From Xanthomonas campestris pv. campestris str. ATCC 33913 (lineage in GTDB: Bacteria > Pseudomonadota > Gammaproteobacteria > Xanthomonadales > Xanthomonadaceae), in NCBI RefSeq assembly GCF_000007145.1, contig NC_003902.1, forward strand, positions 150,001 through 182,000: 32,000 bases of DNA, given 5' to 3'. The notes below the pieces were generated by a model that saw only the letters and a program-made list of their open reading frames with translations, was not told the DNA's origin and ran no database searches. The position numbers and the translations under genes are program-made. Shown here piece by piece: positions 9,701 through 15,668 of the stretch. Each line of letters starts with the position of its first letter. The stretch's first letter is position 1.

Positions 9701-9910
9701 ATGTTGAGCAAGGGATGGAGCATCGTGGCACTGACTGTGGCCGCATTGGGATTGTTTACCGCATCCGCGCAGGCGCGTGTTAGGGCCGCCGGCACGCACC
9801 ACACCACCAGTCATGGCGGCCACTACAGCGCAGGCCACGGCGCCTCGCACAAGGGTGGCAGCTACCGCAGCACAAGTACCAACAACCACTATCGGCGTCA
9901 CAAGTCCTAG
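9701..9910 (+). CDS. Small secreted His/Gly/Ser-rich protein (69 aa), cassette-like
   Basis: gggggaag RBS precedes the ATG at 9701. The signal peptide is MLSKGWSIVALTVAALGLFTASAQA. The mature part is GTHHTTSHGGHYSAGHGASHKGGSYRSTSTNNHYRRHKS. Confidence 0.6.
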   Translation: MLSKGWSIVALTVAALGLFTASAQARVRAAGTHHTTSHGGHYSAGHGASHKGGSYRSTSTNNHYRRHKS

Positions 9911-9951
9911 CAGGCCTCGAGCCAACGCCACTCGGAAGTGCAGCGTAATGC
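9905..9951 (+). other. Possible degenerate, short attC site
   Basis: TCCTAGC (overlapping the stop codon, as in the attC at 12378) ...GAGCCAACGCC... GTAATGC. It is only about 47 bp and its R' is imperfect. Confidence 0.3.
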
Positions 9952-9970
9952 AAGAACTAGGACGCGAAGA

Positions 9971-10354
9971 ATGCGCTATCAAAAACTCCTAAAGCTGCTG
10001 GCTGGCCTTGCCGGTGTCATGCTCGCGGCGACAGGCGCATTGCTGGTGGCGCTGGTTACAGCAGGCCAGGTACGTGAGGGACAGACGGGCGCATTGATCA
10101 GCGGCATCGGATTTCTGGTGATGGCCGCTCCTGCATTGGCAACGCCGTTTTCCTTACGCGCTGCCAAGCGATTGCTGATGCTGACACTGTGCTGCCTCGC
10201 GGCACTCGCGATTTGGCTTTCTTTCTGGCCGAAGGAGGGCGTGATGCCGACGCTCCAACTGCGAATCGCCGTCCTTGCGTTCCCGGCACTTCTGATACTC
10301 CGCATGCTGCTGGCTCGCCATCGCAAGGTGACGAAGCTTAGCGCTGACAGTTGA
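9971..10354 (+). CDS. Small integral membrane protein (about 127 aa, about 4 TM), unknown function
   Basis: From the ATG at 9971: MRYQKLLKLLAGLAGVMLAATGALLVALV..., followed by three more hydrophobic spans. The antisense ORF 9979-10359 is Arg/Ser-rich and looks non-coding. Confidence 0.55.
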   Translation: MRYQKLLKLLAGLAGVMLAATGALLVALVTAGQVREGQTGALISGIGFLVMAAPALATPFSLRAAKRLLMLTLCCLAALAIWLSFWPKEGVMPTLQLRIAVLAFPALLILRMLLARHRKVTKLSADS

Positions 10355-10401
10355 TGCAAGCAGAAGCCACGATGTGGTGCGACTTAATTCAAACGCTAGG
10401 A
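10336..10401 (+). other. attC recombination site (66 bp), slightly degenerate
   Basis: Sequence is GCTTAGC...AGAAGCCACGATGTGGTGCGACTTAATTCAAACGCTAGGA. The R'' TAGC and R' GCTA variants are mutually complementary. The L' block TTAATTCAAAC is shared with the other sites. Confidence 0.55.
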
Positions 10402-10407
10402 AAATCG

Positions 10408-10608
10408 ATGGATATGATTCGCGTCACCTCGTCGGCCATCAGCGCTATTGGCTACGACCCGGCTAGCATGCGTATGAAAATTCAATTCGTGCAGGGCCAC
10501 ACATACGACTTCTGCGGTGTGCCCTCGCACGTGTTTCAGGGGCTCCGCGATGCGGGGTCACAAGGCCGTTACTACAACGATCACATCCGTGACCGCTATC
10601 AGTGCTGA
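10408..10608 (+). CDS. KTSC-domain protein (66 aa)
   Basis: MDMIRVTSSAISAIGYDPASMRMKIQFVQGHTYDFCGVPSHVFQGLRDAGSQGRYYNDHIRDRYQC fits the KTSC pattern (V.S..I.A.GYD....L.I.F..G..Y.Y..VP..V...L....S.G.Y.N..IR..Y), recalled from memory. Confidence 0.7.
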   Translation: MDMIRVTSSAISAIGYDPASMRMKIQFVQGHTYDFCGVPSHVFQGLRDAGSQGRYYNDHIRDRYQC

Positions 10609-10630
10609 CTGCTTCGCTTTGGGGCGTGCC

Positions 10631-10688
10631 GTAGCAACTCATTCAAGCCGAACCCGCTTAGCGTGTTTTTTTAATTCAGGCGTTAGAA
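10631..10688 (+). other. attC recombination site (58 bp)
   Basis: GTAGCAACTCATTCAAGCCGAACCCGCTTAGCGTGTTTTTTTAATTCAGGCGTTAGAA. The R' core GTTAGAA lies 4 nt before the next ATG. Confidence 0.7.
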
Positions 10689-10691
10689 CTC

Positions 10692-10997
10692 ATGGCAAGC
10701 ATCGGAATTATCTTGCGAGCAAATGAAGAGTTGGATGAGTTGTCTGAGGACTGGGCGCCAGAGTCGCTTGGTTCAAGGGCAGATGTCCTGGCTGCAATCG
10801 GAAGTTGCATGCAAGCTGACGACACCAGCTTGGCACTAAATTTCCGAGTCGAGGAACCTGAGGACAGCGGAGAGCCGCGGACCATATCCGTATCAGGCGT
10901 CTGGGGCCAAAGAGAGTCTGCAATCTTGCATAGGTTGTGCAATCTGCTTGGTGCCCGATTCTACGATGCCGAGTCTGGGGATTTCATCGATTTATGA
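10692..10997 (+). CDS. Acidic 101-aa protein of unknown function (cassette ORF)
   Basis: The ORF fills the cassette between two attC sites and is very rich in Asp/Glu. No motif was recognised. Confidence 0.5.
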   Translation: MASIGIILRANEELDELSEDWAPESLGSRADVLAAIGSCMQADDTSLALNFRVEEPEDSGEPRTISVSGVWGQRESAILHRLCNLLGARFYDAESGDFIDL

Positions 10998-11056
10998 GTA
11001 CTAAAAATTGATTCGAGCCGAACCCGATCCCTTTTGGCTTAATTCAAACGTTAGAG
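10998..11056 (+). other. attC recombination site (59 bp)
   Basis: GTACTAAAAATTGATTCGAGCCGAACCCGATCCCTTTTGGCTTAATTCAAACGTTAGAG. Confidence 0.7.
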
Positions 11057-11113
11057 CGCACCAATCATTGTCGCCCCTAATTGAAGATTAGGCCCCAGAC
11101 AGAGGAATGATTC

Positions 11114-11809
11114 ATGGCAAGATGCACAGCACCAGTTCGTGGCCACAGTTCAGCAGCGGCAGCCGCCGCGTGTCCTGCTTGTCGCTACCGCAGCAGCTCT
11201 CGTTACAGCAGCGGAAATGGCGGTTCCTACTACCCATCAACGAGTAGCCCTAGCTATACCAGCTCAAGCAGCGGCAGTGGGCGCAAGAGCTCAAAGCCGC
11301 GCTGGTCAAAGACAGGATCGACTATTCTCTACACACCGGCCGAGGTGCAATCACTTGCACCGGTCCGCGAGGCTGTGGAGGTCCAGGTCGCGCGGCACCC
11401 AGACAAACGAGATGTATTTCTTTGCCACGCCTGGGATGATCGTCAGGGAGCTGCGAAAGAACTGCATGACCTTCTTGAAGCTGCAGGGGTAAAAGTCTGG
11501 TTCAGTGAGAAGGACCTTGGACTTGGCGTCCCTATGATGCGCGCAATTGATAAGGGCCTAGCCAACTCCAAAGTCGGCCTCGTGCTTGTGACACCTGCAC
11601 TTTTGGCACGCCTTCCAAAAGAAAGTGTCGCAGACAAGGAGCTCTCAACACTGCTTGCGGGAAATCGACTTGTGCCTATCGTTCACAAGACAACATACGA
11701 GGCGCTTCGCGAGATAAGTCCAATGCTCGCTTCAAGAACGGGTCTTGACACCGCAGAGGACTCGATGTCTGAAGTAGCTGCAAAAATCGCTGAGCTAGTT
11801 GATTTCTAG
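11114..11809 (+). CDS. TIR-domain protein (231 aa) with a Ser/Tyr/Gly-rich low-complexity N-terminus
   Basis: gagga RBS sits 7 nt before the ATG. From about aa 99 the sequence is TIR-like: RDVFLCHAWDDRQGAAKELHDLLEAAGVKVWFSEKDLGLGVPMMRAIDKGLANSKVGLVLVTPALLARL...ADKELSTLL. That is the DxFxSHA-type start, the W.D/E block, and a Glu in the position of the NADase catalytic residue. Confidence 0.8.
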   Translation: MARCTAPVRGHSSAAAAAACPACRYRSSSRYSSGNGGSYYPSTSSPSYTSSSSGSGRKSSKPRWSKTGSTILYTPAEVQSLAPVREAVEVQVARHPDKRDVFLCHAWDDRQGAAKELHDLLEAAGVKVWFSEKDLGLGVPMMRAIDKGLANSKVGLVLVTPALLARLPKESVADKELSTLLAGNRLVPIVHKTTYEALREISPMLASRTGLDTAEDSMSEVAAKIAELVDF

Positions 11810-11823
11810 GGGGGGGGGGGGGG
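11809..11823 (+). repeat. Homopolymeric G15 tract
   Basis: 15 consecutive G. The first is the G of the TIR gene TAG stop. The tract ends 4 nt before the attC R'' box. Confidence 0.95.
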
Positions 11824-11827
11824 CGCG

Positions 11828-11888
11828 CTCTAAAAAATTCTTGCAAGCCGACGTCGCTTCGCGGCGCGGCCTAACTTAGGCGTTAGGT
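11828..11888 (+). other. attC recombination site (61 bp), the best-preserved copy
   Basis: CTCTAAAAAATTCTTGCAAGCCGACGTCGCTTCGCGGCGCGGCCTAACTTAGGCGTTAGGT. It is almost colinear with the aadA-type attC of class 1 integrons as I recall it (GTCTAACAATTCGTTCAAGCCGACGCCGCTTCGCGGCGCGGCTTAACTCAAGCGTTAGAT). Confidence 0.85.
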
Positions 11889-11903
11889 GTCAAGGAGATA
11901 TAC

Positions 11904-12383
11904 ATGGATTATTTAATTGAATCAAGGCCGATGCAGAAGTGGGATGTCCGGTTCTGTGATTTGGCCAGATACATATCAGCCTGGTCTAAAGACCCGAACG
12001 CTAAGGTTGGAGCAGTTCTCTTCTCGAAGAAGGGCGGAAATGTGTCAATTGGATATAACGGATTCCCTATCGGTGTTGAGGACTCCGCAGAGCGGTTGAC
12101 TGACAAAGATGTAAAGTTAGAATTAGTCGTACACGCAGAAGTCAACGCCATTATCGCAGCAGGTGTTCGCGCAGAGGGTTCAACGATTTATGTATGGGGA
12201 AAACCAATTTGCGCGCGGTGCGCCGGTCCAATCATTCAGGCGGGAATAAAAAGAGTAGTTGCCCTTGCGCCTGGTGAGTCAGAATCTCATTGGGATAAAA
12301 GTGGAAAGACTGCTCGTGACATGTTCATAGAGGCAGGCATTACAGTTGATTTTTATACGGCTAACGAGCCAGTGACTACTTAG
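11904..12383 (+). CDS. dCMP/cytidine deaminase-family zinc enzyme (159 aa, ComEB/dCMP-deaminase-like)
   Basis: aaggag RBS at 11892. Motifs are VGAVLFSKKGGNVSIGYNGFP, HAEVNAI (the H-A-E zinc/catalytic motif) and PICARCAGPIIQAGIKRVV (the PCxxC motif). Confidence 0.85.
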   Translation: MDYLIESRPMQKWDVRFCDLARYISAWSKDPNAKVGAVLFSKKGGNVSIGYNGFPIGVEDSAERLTDKDVKLELVVHAEVNAIIAAGVRAEGSTIYVWGKPICARCAGPIIQAGIKRVVALAPGESESHWDKSGKTARDMFIEAGITVDFYTANEPVTT

Positions 12384-12436
12384 CAATTCATATAGATCGA
12401 CACCGCTCGCGGAATGAGTTAATTCAGGCGTTATGC
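12378..12436 (+). other. attC recombination site (59 bp)
   Basis: ACTTAGCAATTCATATAGATCGACACCGCTCGCGGAATGAGTTAATTCAGGCGTTATGC. R'' overlaps the deaminase stop codon. Confidence 0.7.
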
Positions 12437-12500
12437 CCATAGAGCCGCCGTCCACTTCAGCAGGAGCATGCATGAACATCTACGCTGCAATAGATAAACT

Positions 12501-13720
12501 TAAGGATGGTCTGATCAACGGCGTCGGAGGATGAGCCCAACTACATCGGCCAGGCTGACGGCGCTCAGATCCTCGATTTTTTTGCCGTTTCCGGCGCGTT
12601 TGCAGGGTGTTGCCTGCGTTACAGGCGCACGCTCCCCATAGCAGGCAATAACTGCTTTCGCTTCATCCACAGGTTTGACAGCGCAAACAGCGTCAGCACC
12701 TGCGCGGTGTTCTTCGCCAGGCCGCGATAGCGGACCTTGGTGTAACCGAACTGGCGCTTGATCACCCGGAACGGATGCTCCACCTTCGCACGCACGCTGG
12801 CCTTGAAGTGTTCCCAGCGCTGTTCCCGAGCACGCTCCCGCTTGTTGCCGATGGCTTGAAGCACCGAACGCTTGGCAGCAATGAAAAATGCAGCCTCGCA
12901 GTCCTGCAGTTCTTCGCGCTTATCCGCACCGGTGTAGCCGCTGTCGCCAAACACGCTGTCTTCTTTGCCATGCAGCAATGCGTGCGTCACCGTGACATCG
13001 GCGACGTTGGCGGCTGTGCAATGGACGTGGTGCACCAACCCGGAAAATTCATCCACGCCGATGTGCGCCTTCATCCCGAAATACCACTGATTGCCCTTCT
13101 TGGTCTGATGCATCTCAGGGTCGCGCGCATGGTCGGCGTTCTTGGTCGAACTGGGCGCCGCGATCAGCGTCGCATCGACGATCGTGCCCGACCGCAGGCT
13201 CTGGCCCTTGCGCGCCAGATGCGCGTTGACCGCTTCCAGCATCCGCGCGGCAAGGCCATGGGTCTCCAGCAGGCGGCGAAAGTTGAGAATCGTGGTCTCG
13301 TCCGGAACGTTGTCCAAGCCACCGAGCTGGGCAAAGCGCCGCAAGGTCGGGATCTCGTGCAGTGCTTCTTCCATCGCCGGATCGCTCAACGCATACCACT
13401 GCTGCAGCAGATGAATCCGCAACATCGTCGCCAGTGCGTACGGCTGCCGACCTGGCCGCCCCGAGACCGGATAGTGCGGCGCGACCAGCCCGAGCAGTTG
13501 CTGCCACGGGACGACCTGCTCCATCTCGGCCAGAAAGATCTCCCGGCGCGTCTGCTTGCGCTTGCCCAGGCCCTCAGCGTCACCGAACGTCAGTTGCATG
13601 GATCACCCCTCAACATCAGGCGGGTAGTGTCGCGTATCTGTGGTGCGTTGTTCAGAGGTTCCTTAAATCCAGCATTCCGCGGTCCGTCGCGGATGCACAA
13701 GTTTTCTTAGACACCCTTCC
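12501..13720 (-). mobile_element. IS5-family insertion sequence (IS5 group), about 1.2 kb
   Basis: It contains the transposase at 12619-13599. The end at 13701-13720 reads (reverse complement) GGAAGGGTGTCTAAGAAAAC. The other end, around 12501, is TTAAGGATGGTCTGATCAAC, an imperfect match. The exact left boundary and target duplication are not resolved. Confidence 0.75.
12619..13599 (-). CDS. IS5-family DDE transposase (326 aa)
   Basis: It is colinear with E. coli IS5 transposase as I recall it: QLTFGD...KRKQTRREIFLAEMEQVVPW, TMLRIHLLQQWY.LSD.AMEEAL, DPEMHQTKKGNQWYFGMKAHIGVD, VEHPFRVIKRQFGY.KVRYRGL.KN. Confidence 0.93.
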   Translation of the reverse strand: MQLTFGDAEGLGKRKQTRREIFLAEMEQVVPWQQLLGLVAPHYPVSGRPGRQPYALATMLRIHLLQQWYALSDPAMEEALHEIPTLRRFAQLGGLDNVPDETTILNFRRLLETHGLAARMLEAVNAHLARKGQSLRSGTIVDATLIAAPSSTKNADHARDPEMHQTKKGNQWYFGMKAHIGVDEFSGLVHHVHCTAANVADVTVTHALLHGKEDSVFGDSGYTGADKREELQDCEAAFFIAAKRSVLQAIGNKRERAREQRWEHFKASVRAKVEHPFRVIKRQFGYTKVRYRGLAKNTAQVLTLFALSNLWMKRKQLLPAMGSVRL

Positions 13721-13997
13721 TTCCAATGTACAAGAGCAACTCATAAGCGCTGTATATCTTGGTCGCGAGCACATCCATTCCAGCAGCCTGCGCGACGACT
13801 TGGAGGTCAATCGCTCGTACACCGACCACCTCAGCAAGGATGAATACGCAGAAATTCTCCACGAGAAGGGGGAAAACTTGATCATCTATCTCGACAAGCT
13901 TGAGTCGTGTGCAACTGCCGCTGATTTCGACCTAAACAGGCTCTAAGTCGAGCGGGCCAGGTTCACTTTAGGGCGATCTGACCCCTAAGGAAACAGC

Positions 13998-15391
13998 GGG
14001 GTAAGGTTTAACTAATAAGTCAATCTGACTCTGAGGTTTCCCCACATTTCCTCCTGGCAAATCAATCACTTGCGACGTAATTGCCTGGAAGAAAGTGCGC
14101 GCATGGCGCAATCTTCAAGGTGACTAAGCCAGAGAAGGTTGACGACCATGCGCGCCAGCGAAGTATTGCAGAAGTGCCTGCCCAACTCACTGTCCGGGAT
14201 GCATGCGTTGCGCGAACGCGCGTTGCTGCATGCGGTCGAGGCGTTGTTGCACGGACGCAGGCTGACACTGATGGACATCGCACGTTCGTGGCCGAGCGCA
14301 CTGCGGGTGCGCGCGCCGCTCAAGGCAGTTGATCGCCTGTTGAGTAATCGCAATTTGCAGGTCGAGCGATCAGTGATCGACCACGAGATGGCGCACTGGC
14401 TGCTGCGCGGCGCGCAGCCGGTAATCGTCATCGACTGGAGCGATCTGAAGCCAGACAAATCGTGGTGTCTGCTGCGCGCAGCGGTGCCGGTGGGCGGCCG
14501 CACGCTTACCTTGCTGGACATGGTAGTGCCAGGAAAGCAGCAGGGATCGCCTGGTGCAGAAAGACGCTTCTTGCAACAACTGAGGGCACTGGTTCCGGAC
14601 GATGTTCGCCCGATCCTGGTCACTGACGCCGGCTTCCGGACACCGTGGTTCCGCGCTGTATCGGCCATGGGCTGGTGTTGGGTTGGGCGACTGCGCGGGC
14701 GCACGCAAGTCAAGCCGCAGGACGTGCGGGATGAAGCAGATCAGTGGATCGACAGCCGGAAACTGCATGTGTTGGCGTCCAATCGTGCATGCGAGTTACC
14801 GCCGATGCAGGCCAATCGCAGCGATCCACTCGATTGCAGGTTGGTGATTTACGCCAAGGCACGGCAAGGGCGCAAACAGTGCAATCGCCGCTCACCCGCC
14901 AAAGTCTCGCGTGCGTCATCGAGTCTGAAGGCCGCAGCGCGCGAGCGCGAGCCTTGGCTCATCGTTGCATCCCCGCAGCTGCAGGCGCCCAGCGCAAAGC
15001 AGTTGGTCAATGTGTACGCACGACGGATGCAGATCGAGCTTGCATTTCGCGATCTGAAATCACATCGCTACGGCCAGGCGCTGGAAGACAGTTTGACCCG
15101 ACGCGGCGAGCGACTGCAGATCCTGCTGCTGATCAATACGTTGGCTGCATTCGCCAGCTGGTTGGCGGGGCTGGGATGCGAAGCGACCGGTATCGCCCAG
15201 TGGCTGTCTCCTCGCAACAGCACACGCAAGCTTTACTCCACGCTACGCATCGGCCGAGAAGCGCTGGTCAGGCAGTGGCCGATGGAACCCGTCTCACGGT
15301 GGATAGGGCGCTTGCGCGCACTGCCTGCGGCAGTGCGCGAGCAGATGACGCTTACGGTGTAAAACGTGGGGATACCTTAGAACCTGACCCC
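13998..15391 (+). mobile_element. IS4-family insertion sequence, about 1.39 kb
   Basis: Terminal blocks on the left are GGGGTAAGGTT (13998-14008) plus CTGAGGTTTCCCCACATTTCC (14031-14051). The reverse complement of 15361-15391 is GGGGTCAGGTTCTAAGGTATCCCCACGTTTT. The left end carries 22 extra bp between the two blocks. No flanking direct repeat was seen. Confidence 0.75.
14148..15362 (+). CDS. IS4-family DDE transposase (about 404 aa)
   Basis: gagaagg RBS, then ATG 14148 (the ORF is open from TTG 14139). The DDE_Tnp_1-like layout shows VIVIDWSDL (first Asp region), ILVTDAGF (second Asp) and YARRMQIELAFRDLKS (the Y-R-E-K region). Confidence 0.88.
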   Translation: MRASEVLQKCLPNSLSGMHALRERALLHAVEALLHGRRLTLMDIARSWPSALRVRAPLKAVDRLLSNRNLQVERSVIDHEMAHWLLRGAQPVIVIDWSDLKPDKSWCLLRAAVPVGGRTLTLLDMVVPGKQQGSPGAERRFLQQLRALVPDDVRPILVTDAGFRTPWFRAVSAMGWCWVGRLRGRTQVKPQDVRDEADQWIDSRKLHVLASNRACELPPMQANRSDPLDCRLVIYAKARQGRKQCNRRSPAKVSRASSSLKAAAREREPWLIVASPQLQAPSAKQLVNVYARRMQIELAFRDLKSHRYGQALEDSLTRRGERLQILLLINTLAAFASWLAGLGCEATGIAQWLSPRNSTRKLYSTLRIGREALVRQWPMEPVSRWIGRLRALPAAVREQMTLTV

Positions 15392-15411
15392 CCTTCCCTC
15401 CGCACGGGTGA

Positions 15412-15543
15412 CGCCAGGCTTTTACCCGCAATCGCACCGGCAGCCTCATCTACCCGCAAGTGGCTGCAGCAATGGGCATCTCGATCAAGATGGTGGAAAT
15501 GTACATTAGCCACGCACTGGCTGCGTGCCGGGCTGCTGCGTAG
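15412..15543 (+). pseudogene. 3' remnant of a FecI-like ECF sigma-70 factor gene (region 4 only)
   Basis: Frame reads RQAFTRNRTGSLIYPQVAAAMGISIKMVEMYISHALAACRAAA*. This is the sigma region 4.2 HTH pattern (..G.sy.eIA..lGiS...V...i..A...Cr). An in-frame TGA at 15409 and the IS4 end at 15391 remove everything upstream. Confidence 0.65.
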
Positions 15544-15563
15544 TTGAAGCCGATCAACAAGGC

Positions 15564-15593
15564 TTGACGAAGAAAATTTCTGCGGGAGATGAT
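15564..15593 (+). promoter_or_regulatory. Candidate sigma-70 promoter for rhs
   Basis: TTGACG (15564-15569), an 18-nt spacer, then GATGAT (15588-15593), about 75 nt upstream of the rhs ATG. Pattern match only. Confidence 0.25.
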
Positions 15594-15668
15594 AACGATG
15601 ATTTTTAGCTGCGGCATCTTGATGTCGTCTGCAGCATCGTCAGCTGCCAAAATTTGAAGGAATAGGAC

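Larger units (their letters stand above)
12472..13946 (+). pseudogene. Cassette ORF split by the IS5-family element: 5' stub 12472-12501 and 3' part 13722-13946, tentatively DUF3775-like
   Basis: caggag RBS, then ATG 12472 giving MNIYAAIDKL up to the IS boundary. After the IS, ...SNVQEQLISAVYLGREHIHSSSLRDD...IIYLDKLESCATAADFDLNRL* follows. The two frames become contiguous if about 1220 bp (12502-13721) is removed. The DUF3775 resemblance (L..A..LGR...YL..L) is weak. Confidence 0.45.

Noticed and set aside
10351-10407. Longer N-terminus (MMQAEATMWCDLIQTLGKS) for the KTSC protein
   Set aside because: These codons lie inside the preceding attC site. The KTSC domain begins right at the ATG at 10408.
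11114-12383. TIR protein plus its neighbour read as a Thoeris (ThsB/ThsA) or other known two-gene TIR system
   Set aside because: The neighbour is a plain dCMP-deaminase fold, not a SIR2/SLOG/Macro/TM ThsA-type effector. An attC separates the two genes, so they are independent cassettes. The TIR gene is kept only as a candidate stand-alone module.
9905-12436. Regularly recurring imperfect repeats of about 60 bp that might be taken for a CRISPR array
   Set aside because: The spacing is 287-832 bp and variable, not about 30-40 bp. Each interval holds an ORF with an RBS. The repeats have attC architecture (inverse core ... GTTRRRY core), and no cas genes are present.
12775-13710. 311-aa + strand ORF inside the IS5-family element
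   Set aside because: It is antisense to a transposase that is colinear with IS5 Tnp along its whole length, and it has no motifs.
13362-13946. 194-aa + strand ORF spanning the IS5-family end and the following sequence
   Set aside because: Its first about 120 codons are antisense to the transposase or IS terminal sequence. Only the last 75 codons (13722-13946) are plausible cassette coding sequence.
13944-13986. Possible attC closing the last (IS-interrupted) cassette: TAAGTCGAGCGGGCCAGGTTCACTTTAGGGCGATCTGAC
   Set aside because: It shows only loose resemblance to the GAGCCGAAC and AGGCGTTAG blocks, is too short, and has poor internal complementarity. It is mentioned in a finding but not annotated as a feature.
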